From a virus: a DNA stretch of 64,000 nucleotides. The notes below the pieces were generated by a model. That model was not told where the DNA came from, searched no databases, and worked only from the letters and a program-made list of their open reading frames with translations. Shown piece after piece: positions 37,362 through 46,774 of this stretch (position 1 is the stretch's first letter; each line of letters opens with the position of its first letter). Position numbers and translations under genes: made by a program. The stretch covers positions 32,001 to 96,000 of IMG/VR virus record IMGVR_UViG_3300032093_000012, one strand, 5' to 3'.

Positions 37362-37950
37362 CGGTGTTTAATGCACCATTTATTGATAAATCTACTTCAT
37401 GACCAGTAGTTCCTGCAGTTCCTGCCTGAACAACATCAACTATATTACCACTACCACCAACGATATCAACAAGATTCTTTGTACCAGCTACAGCAGATGA
37501 AGTATTTGTCATATTAACTTGGTTATTATCTGATTGTATGTTTACTGTAGTATTAGTTAGAGAGTTTGTACTCTGTGTTAGTGAGTTACCATCACCAGTT
37601 ACAGAATTAGTGATTGTTGATGGTCCACAAGAACCTCCATTAGCACCACACTCTAAATTTAGTATATTAGAACTGCCAGTAATGACAGATGATATAGTCG
37701 CACCATCTCCCATAACCGCCATATTCGTTACGTTATTATTGCCAATCTGCTCAATATTTACAGTGTTATTATCACCATTAAATGTTGATTTAACACTAGG
37801 TGTTCCAATTGCGTTTCCAGAACCAGACTGTGTGATGTTTATAGTAGAACCATCGCCGATCTGATCCATATAAATTAAGTTTGCCGCATTTACATAACCT
37901 GACATGACCAAGAATGATATAAACATCATCATTCTTGTGATTGTTTTCAT
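37267..37950 (-). CDS. Curlin-like (CsgA/CsgB-like) beta-solenoid protein
   Basis: Signal peptide; N/G/T/S-rich; repeated Q.G..N and N...I.Q units; follows csgG. Confidence 0.75.
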   Translation of the reverse strand: MKTITRMMMFISFLVMSGYVNAANLIYMDQIGDGSTINITQSGSGNAIGTPSVKSTFNGDNNTVNIEQIGNNNVTNMAVMGDGATISSVITGSSNILNLECGANGGSCGPSTITNSVTGDGNSLTQSTNSLTNTTVNIQSDNNQVNMTNTSSAVAGTKNLVDIVGGSGNIVDVVQAGTAGTTGHEVDLSINGALNTVDFRQGGAIDSKIVTTITGSSNAVTIKSNHN

Positions 37951-38774
37951 TTTTTGTTTTCCTTTTTAGTTGTCTCTTTATACTTCCATAACTTCTTTTG
38001 AGAACCTTGTTTTATCATGTCAACTACTGCTGCTTCTATAGCTATCCTTACAGCATAAGTTGTAGGTTCATTTATAGAAGTACCTGCTTCTAACTCTACT
38101 GATCTTGTTCCAGCATCAACAAACTTAAATACATTAGCACTTACACCAGTGCTATAGATAGTCTTTGTCACACCGCTAGAAATTAATATCTCACCTGTGC
38201 TAATTGATATTAATCTCAACATAATAGTTACTTCGTCTTTACGATATTCTTGCTGTGCTCCAAGGCCAAGATAACGTGCACCAATACCACCAGTTGCAAT
38301 ATTACTATCATAACCAACTATACCACCCTCTATCATTATACCAGCTACTATAAGTGGTGTTAAGGGTTTGGCTTGTTCTTTTTCATATACTTCACGTTGA
38401 CTTCTAATAAGTTGTCTTTCTTTAACAAGATTATCAAGACTTACTCTCTCGATAGGTTTAAAGAACTTACCTTTTGAAGCATCCTGTAAAGCTTTTATTA
38501 GTATGACTTCTCCACCTTGTGTGACAGCAGAACTTAAACTAGCATAATTGCTGGTTGGTTTTCTTTGTCCACTCATATCAGAGAATTTATACACTGCCAC
38601 TGGTATAGGGTCGCCATTTACGGCTGGTATATTTATGAGCTCATTGAATCTTTTAGCAGTAATTATTTCTGCTTTATCTACTTGATTCTCTAAATCTTTA
38701 CTAGATGTTATCTTACTGCCTGTACATCCAGCCAAAGCCAAAGCACAGACCATTAAAAATGCATATCTTACCAT
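37947..38774 (-). CDS. csgG: Curli secretion pore lipoprotein
   Basis: LAGC lipobox, AVY.F.D.SGQRK, S.AVTQG, ER..L.NL.KERQ.IR, EGGIVGYDSN, GARYLG.G. Confidence 0.95.
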   Translation of the reverse strand: MVRYAFLMVCALALAGCTGSKITSSKDLENQVDKAEIITAKRFNELINIPAVNGDPIPVAVYKFSDMSGQRKPTSNYASLSSAVTQGGEVILIKALQDASKGKFFKPIERVSLDNLVKERQLIRSQREVYEKEQAKPLTPLIVAGIMIEGGIVGYDSNIATGGIGARYLGLGAQQEYRKDEVTIMLRLISISTGEILISSGVTKTIYSTGVSANVFKFVDAGTRSVELEAGTSINEPTTYAVRIAIEAAVVDMIKQGSQKKLWKYKETTKKENKK

Positions 38775-39205
38775 GCTAAGCTCCCGTATGGTACTACCAC
38801 TTGCGTAACACTACCACCGGGATCTGTAATTCTTAATGTTATAGTACTACCGTCAGACGTCCACTGTAAGTTATTTCCACCGATATCAAAAGATCCTGAA
38901 GATGCTCCGCCTTCTTTAAATAATTCAGCAGCGATATTTTGTGATATCGTTGCATAGATTCTACTCTCTAGATTATTCAAGAATTTAGCTAAGTTTGTGT
39001 TCTTAGCATCAGCTGCAGCTTTAGCTGCATCCGTCTTCTTGTCTTCTATAATCTTCTGCTTCCTTGTTTGTTCAAGGTTATCAATAGTTAAGACATGAGA
39101 CGAATAGCCGACGCCAGAAAAAGATGGGTTTTTAAACCCAAAGCTCACTTCACTTGCATAAGAAGCAGAAGAAAATAAGCACACTAGTAATGCTATCTTC
39201 TTCAT
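38768..39205 (-). CDS. csgF: Curli assembly component
   Basis: Signal peptide then F.FKNPSF.G; overlaps csgG start. Confidence 0.85.
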   Translation of the reverse strand: MKKIALLVCLFSSASYASEVSFGFKNPSFSGVGYSSHVLTIDNLEQTRKQKIIEDKKTDAAKAAADAKNTNLAKFLNNLESRIYATISQNIAAELFKEGGASSGSFDIGGNNLQWTSDGSTITLRITDPGGSVTQVVVPYGSLAW

Positions 39206-39225
39206 GTTTTACTCCTGTTACTGGT

Positions 39226-40890
39226 TTATTTATAATCCCTCATCTCTTTCATATGTTGCTGTAGCTCAGGATCACCTATTAATGCTGGTTCCATAATAGG
39301 TTCAACTGAAGATTTTACGTACTTATGGAAAAGCATCTTAGCAGTCTCTTCATCTTTTGCCTTTGGAACACACATACCACAACCACAAAGGTCATGTGGG
39401 CATGTTATGTAGGGGATCTCCATGTTACCATAAAGATGATCTTTTAATTTTGATATGATCTTTGAGAACTCACTAACTTTACCGATAGGTTCCTCAACAC
39501 TATTAAGGCTTGTCCTACATGTCTGATGATGGAAGACAATATCCTTCTCTTGCTCAATATGCAAGAAGAACCAATTAATCATACACTTCCAGCCCTTAAA
39601 GTTTGTGTTCTTAGCAAACTTGATTTCATCCCACTGGTCTTTTTCAGAATGAACTGTTTGACAAGACAAGTCTCTGCCACCACAACACATCCTACCAATA
39701 GAACGGCCGACTACTTTACCTTCTTCAAACTTAGATTTCTTTAGAGTATCCACGGATTTAACAATGTTGAGTGGATCTTCAAAGTTCTTGCGTGACTCTC
39801 TTATCTTATCAAGTTTTTCTTGAAAATCAAAGTTGGCTGCTTCGATACTTTGCTTTGCAGGTTTATTAACATTATCGATAAGAGTATATGTTTTTTTTGA
39901 ATGTTCACCCTGTTCAATCAATACTGCAGGAACTTCTTCTTTCTTTTTACCTTTCATTGAAATATCAGCAACTTGCTGTTGTTTAATTTCAATCTTTTTA
40001 ATTTGCTTTTGTACTTCAACCGGTTCTTTAGACAAAAATTCTTCTACAGATTCTACTTCGACTTCTTTAGAACCAATTAGTCTATCAAAGAAACCATTCA
40101 CTGAATCTTCTACACTTAGACCACTAACTTTGATATTAGAGAAAGCATGTTCAGTAAGTTCTAAGTTTTTCTTATTCCAGTACATTGTAATGTATGCAGC
40201 CTGATCATGTGTATAGGCATGCACTTTACTTCTTGTAATTACTTTCTGCTTCTTAAGATCTACTTCATCTTTCTTTTGTTCTTCTAGTCTTTCACCAATA
40301 ATTCTAGGAATAAAATTAATCTTACGTGGTGTAAGAACATTCTCCATAAGATCAACACACTCATTAAAGTATTGATCATTGGCATGCATCATGACATTTA
40401 CTTTAAAACGTTGACCAATATCCTGTAGATGAAGGATATTCTTTACAACTTTTTCTTTCAATGTTGGGTGTGCTTCAGTATGGTAGCTAACAGTAATCAT
40501 GTTGAAGAGTTTAAGGATCTTCTCACTAGTATCTGTTGGCCAAGTAGCATTAGTCGTCATGCTAAGACGATACTTCTTAGGATAAGTGTCTCTAATCCAT
40601 TCTACAAACTTAAAGAAATTTGGATTAACAGTCGGCTCACCACCAGTGAAGCTAATAGTACATGCCATATCAATCTTATGAAATGATTTATAGATTGAAT
40701 AGTATTCGTCAATATGCTTCATGGTCTTCTTAAGTTCTTCCATCTCTGCATGAGCTGACCATGAATTATGCATGTATAGTGTACAATAGGTACAGTCGTA
40801 GTTGCATCTACGACCGAGATCCCATACAATCATCATATTATAGCCAGACTTTTCATTATAGTCAATGGCTGTCAAGAGTTGTTCTTGCAT
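39226..40890 (-). CDS. Radical SAM protein with central charged insertion and Cys-rich C-terminus
   Basis: CNYDCTYC, FTGGEP, TTN; CCGG, CPHDLCGCGMC. Confidence 0.88.
   Translation of the reverse strand: MQEQLLTAIDYNEKSGYNMMIVWDLGRRCNYDCTYCTLYMHNSWSAHAEMEELKKTMKHIDEYYSIYKSFHKIDMACTISFTGGEPTVNPNFFKFVEWIRDTYPKKYRLSMTTNATWPTDTSEKILKLFNMITVSYHTEAHPTLKEKVVKNILHLQDIGQRFKVNVMMHANDQYFNECVDLMENVLTPRKINFIPRIIGERLEEQKKDEVDLKKQKVITRSKVHAYTHDQAAYITMYWNKKNLELTEHAFSNIKVSGLSVEDSVNGFFDRLIGSKEVEVESVEEFLSKEPVEVQKQIKKIEIKQQQVADISMKGKKKEEVPAVLIEQGEHSKKTYTLIDNVNKPAKQSIEAANFDFQEKLDKIRESRKNFEDPLNIVKSVDTLKKSKFEEGKVVGRSIGRMCCGGRDLSCQTVHSEKDQWDEIKFAKNTNFKGWKCMINWFFLHIEQEKDIVFHHQTCRTSLNSVEEPIGKVSEFSKIISKLKDHLYGNMEIPYITCPHDLCGCGMCVPKAKDEETAKMLFHKYVKSSVEPIMEPALIGDPELQQHMKEMRDYK
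39227..39234 (-). promoter_or_regulatory. T4-type late promoter for the csgF-to-cyclase operon
   Basis: Exact TATAAATA 22 nt before csgF ATG, AGGAG SD. Confidence 0.75.
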
Positions 40891-41159
40891 TATCGCTCCG
40901 ATACTTCTACTTCAACATACGACTCTTGAAATATTTCTCTATCACAAAAATAAAACTCACCTCTAATTCCTTTGCAAAGATAGTCACCCATCTTTCCAGT
41001 CATAGTACCTTCAAGAGTCCATACCATCATACCGGATGCTGTGCCATCAGGTCTTCGCGACACTGAAGCATTAGACCATTCAATAAGATCATCAATACTT
41101 TCTAGTGTTATTTGTCTAGCTTCAATGGGAATAGGCTTCTTCAAATAAAATGGCATCAC
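40890..41159 (-). CDS. Hypothetical phage protein (PGDYG-like)
   Basis: KKP..IEA.Q, TLEG.M....GDY..KG..GEFY.C...IF..SY. Confidence 0.75.
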   Translation of the reverse strand: MMPFYLKKPIPIEARQITLESIDDLIEWSNASVSRRPDGTASGMMVWTLEGTMTGKMGDYLCKGIRGEFYFCDREIFQESYVEVEVSER

Positions 41160-41848
41160 TTATCTCCAAGATCAAGAGCATCCTTCAACGACGGAAACAC
41201 TTCTGTAATTTGATACCAAGCATCAGTAGCAAGTTCACGATGTTCCTTCTGAGTCGAAGGGTCCATACGAACTTGACAGTAATGAATCCAGCTACGAAGA
41301 GAACCCTTCATGTACATGCGCGACATAGTAAGACCCTCAGGAAGCACGGCACGAGCCTGTTCCTTAGCGATATTATTCCATGATGCCCAGTTGTAAGCTT
41401 CTTGAGCAGCGTCAATAGCCTTCTGCTGCACTTCACGCCATCTTTCAGCAACAGTTGTTTTCTGATCCATGTCAATGCTGTTCTGACGGTTCTTTTCATC
41501 CTGCAAACGAGCTTCACGAGTAACGAAACCCATATCTTTAGTAGGATCAGCATAACGCTGACTGAACTCTTGAAACGAGAATGAACGATGACGAATAACT
41601 TGGCGTCCAATATCGCGAGTTGTATTGATCTCCATCACTACATCAACCATCTCAAATGGCGACCAATGTTTATGCTTTGCAAGATACTTCAACAGCTTTG
41701 GTGCAGTCAAAGTGTTATTTTGATTTGATGGGTTACTCACTCGAGCAACGTATGCAATGAACTCATCAACAGTAATATATGGTGCTTCGGGGTCATCAGA
41801 GGTACAAATAGTAGGCTGAGTAACGGCAATAATCTTAGCAGTATTCAT
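41156..41848 (-). CDS. thyX: Flavin-dependent thymidylate synthase
   Basis: HWSPFE, RHRSFSFQEFSQRY, AKEQARAVLP, TQKEH. Confidence 0.97.
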   Translation of the reverse strand: MNTAKIIAVTQPTICTSDDPEAPYITVDEFIAYVARVSNPSNQNNTLTAPKLLKYLAKHKHWSPFEMVDVVMEINTTRDIGRQVIRHRSFSFQEFSQRYADPTKDMGFVTREARLQDEKNRQNSIDMDQKTTVAERWREVQQKAIDAAQEAYNWASWNNIAKEQARAVLPEGLTMSRMYMKGSLRSWIHYCQVRMDPSTQKEHRELATDAWYQITEVFPSLKDALDLGDK

Positions 41849-42108
41849 ATTTTAGTAGCTCCTTTAATAATCCATCCATCAATTTTATAATCATTACTTA
41901 GCCTTTTAACATGTTGCTGAGCTAAAGCAATGGCATCATCTCTATTTTTAGCGCGAACTTCTACTTCATGTAGATCATATAACATTCGTTCATATGGTTG
42001 AATAGTTACTTTATAGAGAGAAGTATTTTTATTTTTCTTTAACAAGTCTTTTAAATAACCAACTGGCTTGTTATTCCAGATATCTTCCATCTCAGCTTTA
42101 TTTAGCAT
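41845..42108 (-). CDS. Hypothetical protein
   Basis: Coupled ORF. Confidence 0.65.
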   Translation of the reverse strand: MLNKAEMEDIWNNKPVGYLKDLLKKNKNTSLYKVTIQPYERMLYDLHEVEVRAKNRDDAIALAQQHVKRLSNDYKIDGWIIKGATKI

Positions 42109-43148
42109 TATATTTTACTCCAACGTTGCAAAGCTAGTTTAGCTGCCAAATCACGATGTGTATTCTGTTTTATTATATACTCAATAAATTCAGATGACAT
42201 GCCTGCAAGGATCATATCGTTAATATCTTTATGTTCTAAGTTTTCAGGCCATATACATACTCTATAACCCTGCATGATAGCCTTATCTATCTTCTTAACA
42301 GTCTCCTTAGAGCGTGGTTCATTGTCATAGACGATAACTAGTTTATCTTTATCAAAAGTACGAAGAGCAGATACTAAGTCACCACCAGCCGTAGCAATTG
42401 AATTATTAACAAACATACTATCAATTGGACCTTCAAATACGTATACATCTTTATCAAACTTAGCACGCTCAAGACCATAGACTTTTGGTACTGAATCATC
42501 AAGGATGATAGTGATGTACTTAACGTTTGAATTGCCTAATGCTCTACCCTGATAAGCATGAACGTTCTTATTAGTATCTATAAAAGGTATGAGGAGTCTT
42601 GTCTCATCTCGCGCTAAAGAATCTTCATCAAACTTATTAGGAATTAAGTTGTTAGTAAAGTTTTTAAAGTTAGGACATGAAAAAAGTATAGCATGAAACG
42701 GGTTAGGTATCTTACGACTCTCAACAAACTTTTTAATTCTATGATCTGGAGAAAGTTGAGATACTTTCTTTAAGCCTTTAAGTGGACCCATCTTTGTAAA
42801 GATAGGCTTCTTCATCTTATCTACAAACGTTTCAAGTTCTACTTGTTCAGGTGTTTTATTATTTGAGAGACATTCCATCTTATACTCAGAGAAAAGCTGA
42901 GCATCTATCTTCTTAAGAAAGATAGGAAAATCAGAATGAGCATTACAGTTGAAACAGTGAAACTTATACTTACCAGACTCTTGATAGATCCAGCCACGAC
43001 TCTTTGATCTACTACGAACAGAGTCACCACACAGTGGACACCGGAAATTGTATCCGTTGTTTCTATGTTTAAACCTTTCAAGTCTGAAAGCAATTAGATT
43101 GATATATTTTTGATCTAGCCAATACGTAGCTTGCATTACATTATCCAT
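42108..43148 (-). CDS. gp61: DNA primase
   Basis: NFRCP.CGDS, CFNC, QGR, EGPIDS.F, DNEPR, KDINDM. Confidence 0.96.
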   Translation of the reverse strand: MDNVMQATYWLDQKYINLIAFRLERFKHRNNGYNFRCPLCGDSVRSRSKSRGWIYQESGKYKFHCFNCNAHSDFPIFLKKIDAQLFSEYKMECLSNNKTPEQVELETFVDKMKKPIFTKMGPLKGLKKVSQLSPDHRIKKFVESRKIPNPFHAILFSCPNFKNFTNNLIPNKFDEDSLARDETRLLIPFIDTNKNVHAYQGRALGNSNVKYITIILDDSVPKVYGLERAKFDKDVYVFEGPIDSMFVNNSIATAGGDLVSALRTFDKDKLVIVYDNEPRSKETVKKIDKAIMQGYRVCIWPENLEHKDINDMILAGMSSEFIEYIIKQNTHRDLAAKLALQRWSKI

Positions 43149-43168
43149 TATCAGTGTGCATGGATAAG

Positions 43169-43198
43169 ATTATAACTAATTTAAGAAGCTAAGTAAAT
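43169..43198 (-). promoter_or_regulatory. Early/sigma70-like promoter of primase
   Basis: TTTACT-17 nt-TATAAT; same layout precedes gp43 at about 58908-58936. Confidence 0.55.
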
Positions 43199-43200
43199 GC

Positions 43201-43587
43201 TTATTTTAAGATACGTAGGATTTTATCACTATGTGTGATAACAAATGTAATTACGGTGAATCCACCGATGTACATCCAGATATACTTCTCGAGTGAAGTA
43301 ATCTTGTTAGTTAGTATCTCGTGTTGTTTTGTAGATTCTTCTCTAAGTTTATGTATTTCTGTTATGATATTCTTATCTTCACTTCTCATCGTATCATACA
43401 CATCTTTCAATTTGATATCTGATTCTTCGCGACGTCTTTCAAGTATATCTTCGATAGATGACACGTGTTTCTCTGAGCTTTGAATTCTTTGTTCATGCAC
43501 AGCCAGCATCTTAGTGAGATCTATCTGTACATCTGCTAGTTTTTCTAATGTTTGCTCTATCCTATCGAGCCTTTTTTCTTCTATCAC
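43201..43587 (-). CDS. Coiled-coil protein with C-terminal TM helix
   Basis: Heptad pattern; hydrophobic C-terminus. Confidence 0.7.
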   Translation of the reverse strand: MIEEKRLDRIEQTLEKLADVQIDLTKMLAVHEQRIQSSEKHVSSIEDILERRREESDIKLKDVYDTMRSEDKNIITEIHKLREESTKQHEILTNKITSLEKYIWMYIGGFTVITFVITHSDKILRILK

Positions 43588-43862
43588 TTTTCTAATTCTT
43601 TACGAGTTAGAATAGCTCTAAGCTTTTTCTTTCCTTTGACCCATGTAGCAGGATCATCACCTGTACCGGGAACACTTGGACCAGTAACATTTGCTGGAAC
43701 TGGCGAATCTTCTTTAATCTTTCCTACTGATGATTTTAACCAAGCTTTCTTGACAGCTTTATCGAGAGTCTTCTGAGCTGCAGCAGTCTTCGATGGCTTA
43801 CCTTCAAGCGCACGAGCTTTATTTACTTTACCAACTAATTCTGCAGAAATCTCGTTTATCAT
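43584..43862 (-). CDS. Hypothetical protein (possible head-internal)
   Basis: INEIS and IKED motifs. Confidence 0.6.
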   Translation of the reverse strand: MINEISAELVGKVNKARALEGKPSKTAAAQKTLDKAVKKAWLKSSVGKIKEDSPVPANVTGPSVPGTGDDPATWVKGKKKLRAILTRKELEK

Positions 43863-44257
43863 CAGATCTTCCTTAATGCTTCTACAATCTTATTATCCAT
43901 TGGGACAACATCTGTATTAATTATTTTTTCTTCACCTACATTATATAATCTACTAGGTAATATATTTAATAATATCATAAAAGGTTTTAAACACTTTAGT
44001 TGCTCTCTCATCTTTAAGAATATTATCTTACATGCAATCTCAGGACCAAAAACATTAGATAATATAATTAAATGATTTAAGATCAATCTTTCTTTTAATT
44101 CACCGGTCTCTTCATACCTAGTTACTAACTTTTTAATATACTTTATTCTTTGCAAATCTTCTATAAATTCTTCAGTACTATGACATTGTTTATCATAATG
44201 CCTGGCACAAAATACAAAGAAATTATCATCAGTTATTTTTTCAATATTCATTATCAT
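43862..44257 (-). CDS. Conserved T4-like hypothetical protein
   Basis: EF.EDL.R.KYIK.L, LKERLILNH.I.L.NVFG. Confidence 0.8.
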   Translation of the reverse strand: MIMNIEKITDDNFFVFCARHYDKQCHSTEEFIEDLQRIKYIKKLVTRYEETGELKERLILNHLIILSNVFGPEIACKIIFLKMREQLKCLKPFMILLNILPSRLYNVGEEKIINTDVVPMDNKIVEALRKI

Positions 44258-44262
44258 CTAAT

Positions 44263-44550
44263 TTAAAATGTACTTAATGCAACTCTCTTTATATTATTAT
44301 TAGATGTAGCTACATACAAGTACGTATTATCAAAAAATAAAGTACCGGCCTTTACTGTAAGAGAGGTACTATTTGCAGGTGTTGTTGTCTGTATAACAAT
44401 ATTGGCAGAAGAATTGCCAAGAAGATTAGAGACTTTAATAGTTTTTGTTGAAGGAGTCCCATCGGGGTCTTTCAATATAATGATTCTATCATTTGCTACG
44501 GCATTATTTGTCGTAGCTAACTCTGAAGTCTTCTTGGCATTATCTGTCAT
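44263..44550 (-). CDS. Hypothetical virion-fibre-like protein
   Basis: G....D..YLYV.T..N..KR.ALS.F C-terminal module. Confidence 0.6.
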   Translation of the reverse strand: MTDNAKKTSELATTNNAVANDRIIILKDPDGTPSTKTIKVSNLLGNSSANIVIQTTTPANSTSLTVKAGTLFFDNTYLYVATSNNNIKRVALSTF

Positions 44551-44562
44551 GTTAAACCGTTA

Positions 44563-45192
44563 TTAAGTTGTGATTGTCAATACTGCGTTTGAAGATACCT
44601 TGTTGTCTGCACCTGTTGCAGAAACTGTAACCTTGAAACTTGTATTTGTTGTTACAACACCTGAGTTTACAACTAAGTTTGCTGCAGTTGTTACACCAAC
44701 GTTGGCGCCGGCGCCGAGCGAATCGCCATTTGCATATGTCCACTGATAAGCAAGTGTTGCACCTGCAGGAACTGATGCAGCAACAACTCTAAACGTTGCC
44801 ATTCCAGCAGCAGATGTGTTAGCTGTATTTCCAAGTGGCTGTGTAGTAATTGTGATTGCATAGTCTGGGAATGCAGCATCTTCTGCGTCTCCAGACATTG
44901 AACCCATAGCTACAAGAACTTCGTGCTGGATACGACCTGCACGACCACCAGAACCTTCAATTCTGTTTACCCAGCCTGCATGAGCTGCACGATTTTCACC
45001 GTTCTGGCGAGTTGCTCTAATTTCTGATGTATCAACACCATACTGGCCAACAGTGATGCCTGTGATTAGAGCATCAGCAGTTGTGTTGCCAAAAAATGCA
45101 TTTCTATTTGCAGCGTTTGCTACTACTTTATAACCGCTAACGCCCCAAAGAACTGAGTTTGCTGCGCTATCGTCGTTTTTCCATTGTGACAT
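44563..45192 (-). CDS. Probable virion structural protein with Ig-like domain
   Basis: M..W..D, AHAGWV, GR...E.LVAM; ITTQP...YQW...S..A.LT. Confidence 0.7.
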   Translation of the reverse strand: MSQWKNDDSAANSVLWGVSGYKVVANAANRNAFFGNTTADALITGITVGQYGVDTSEIRATRQNGENRAAHAGWVNRIEGSGGRAGRIQHEVLVAMGSMSGDAEDAAFPDYAITITTQPLGNTANTSAAGMATFRVVAASVPAGATLAYQWTYANGDSLGAGANVGVTTAANLVVNSGVVTTNTSFKVTVSATGADNKVSSNAVLTITT

Positions 45193-45225
45193 TTAGATAT
45201 CCTCCTAAAATGTTTTTATTATTTA

Positions 45226-45432
45226 TTATTCTTCTATAATCATCATGTCTAAGAGATATTGTGACTTCTTACCAATCTTCTTTTCTTTACCATTAACAAT
45301 AAGGACTGGATCAGAAGGATTTCTTCTTTGGACGACAGCACGTTCACGCAAAGGTTTATTTACAGGTGCAACAGGAATTTCTTCCTGTTGCTCGTTAGAA
45401 GCTTGCTGCTGGTTAGCTATTATTAGAGGCAT
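45226..45432 (-). CDS. Hypothetical protein
   Basis: Coupled ORF. Confidence 0.55.
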   Translation of the reverse strand: MPLIIANQQQASNEQQEEIPVAPVNKPLRERAVVQRRNPSDPVLIVNGKEKKIGKKSQYLLDMMIIEE

Positions 45433-46772
45433 TAACCACCAATCTCTTTTCTAAAAGCTTTTTCATGATCATCTTTTTCAGCAGGTGTTCTCTTTGAATG
45501 ATAACTATCTAAAAACCCTTGAGCCTTTCTATGTGGGATCTTTACTTTCTTATCACCGACGCTTACTTCAATATGACCAGTAACGGATGGCTTAGCATCT
45601 CTGATCTGTGCAGCAAGATTACTTTCTACCATATCACCTTCTGGCTCATATGAATTGTTCTGTGCTTGCTTACGAGCTTGATCTTTGATCTTATCTGCCT
45701 GAACAGTTGCTTTTGCTGTAATAGAAGCAGCTTTCATCTTCTGCTGTGCAGATTTTTGCGCTGACTGGACTGCATCTTCTGCAAATGTAGCAGCAATAGC
45801 ATCGAGTTTGGCTTGTTCTTCATCAGAAATACTTACTTCTTCATAAGTTTGCTTACCGCTGCCACCAACTTTAACATATCTTCCAATTATCTTGTTATAA
45901 GAAGTGCGAACACCTTGACTGCGATTTCTTGTCTTTCTGTTTCTATCAGCTTTCACTTCTGCAGAATCACCTGGCTCATGGCCCATTCTATGCTGCATAG
46001 CTTTTGTACGATAGCTCTTAAGAGTCGTATCAGAGATCTCGTCAACCTGCTCTACTTCTTCTTTTGCCATCTTATATGTGTGCTTCTCTGAGTTATCACC
46101 AAAACTGCCGCTTGTGTGTTTCTTCATGCTGACAACTTTATAACCCATCTTCTTGTGCTCTGCAGCTTTCTTTGCAGTATGCTGTGGAGAACCAGTGAAG
46201 ATTACTTCTTTCTCATCAATCTGCTCTACTTCTTCTTTTACTGGTTGTCCATTTTTATGAATTTGAGCTTTAGGATCTTTAGCTTTAATTTTCTTGTATA
46301 TCGAATGATTAGAAGTAATTGGATATTTTGAAATATGATAGATTTTATCAGTATCAGATTCTGTATTTCTAATAGAATAAGAGTCTGCTTCATCAAGTTC
46401 TACATCTTCTTTGCGAAGGAGTTTGAAATCATGAGCATCGATCTTACCATTCTTGTTCTTATCGATCTTATGCTGTTTGCCTTTTAGCTCTTCTTTTTTA
46501 ACTTTTTTATCGTCATCATCATCTGGATCTTTAATATCAGGCTTGTACTGTGGATTTACATCAACTTCAGTCTTGCCTTTAGCAATTGATTTTGCAGCTT
46601 CGATAACGGAATCAGGGATTCCAATTGCTTTATTGTTTAACATGTCTGGTTCCTCATCGATAATTTTCTTTTGAATCTGTTGTTGTTTATGATGAACTGT
46701 TTTTGGATCTTTAGTCCAAGGTCTAGCGACTATATCTCTAATCTTATTTTCTAAAGTTCTATAGTCTGCCAT
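45432..46772 (-). CDS. Modular charged protein with KEE.E..DE repeats, probable head-internal protein
   Basis: KEDVELDE, KEEVEQIDE, KEEVEQVDE; EF-hand-like DKNKNGKIDAHD. Confidence 0.7.
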   Translation of the reverse strand: MADYRTLENKIRDIVARPWTKDPKTVHHKQQQIQKKIIDEEPDMLNNKAIGIPDSVIEAAKSIAKGKTEVDVNPQYKPDIKDPDDDDDKKVKKEELKGKQHKIDKNKNGKIDAHDFKLLRKEDVELDEADSYSIRNTESDTDKIYHISKYPITSNHSIYKKIKAKDPKAQIHKNGQPVKEEVEQIDEKEVIFTGSPQHTAKKAAEHKKMGYKVVSMKKHTSGSFGDNSEKHTYKMAKEEVEQVDEISDTTLKSYRTKAMQHRMGHEPGDSAEVKADRNRKTRNRSQGVRTSYNKIIGRYVKVGGSGKQTYEEVSISDEEQAKLDAIAATFAEDAVQSAQKSAQQKMKAASITAKATVQADKIKDQARKQAQNNSYEPEGDMVESNLAAQIRDAKPSVTGHIEVSVGDKKVKIPHRKAQGFLDSYHSKRTPAEKDDHEKAFRKEIGG

Positions 46773-46774
46773 TT

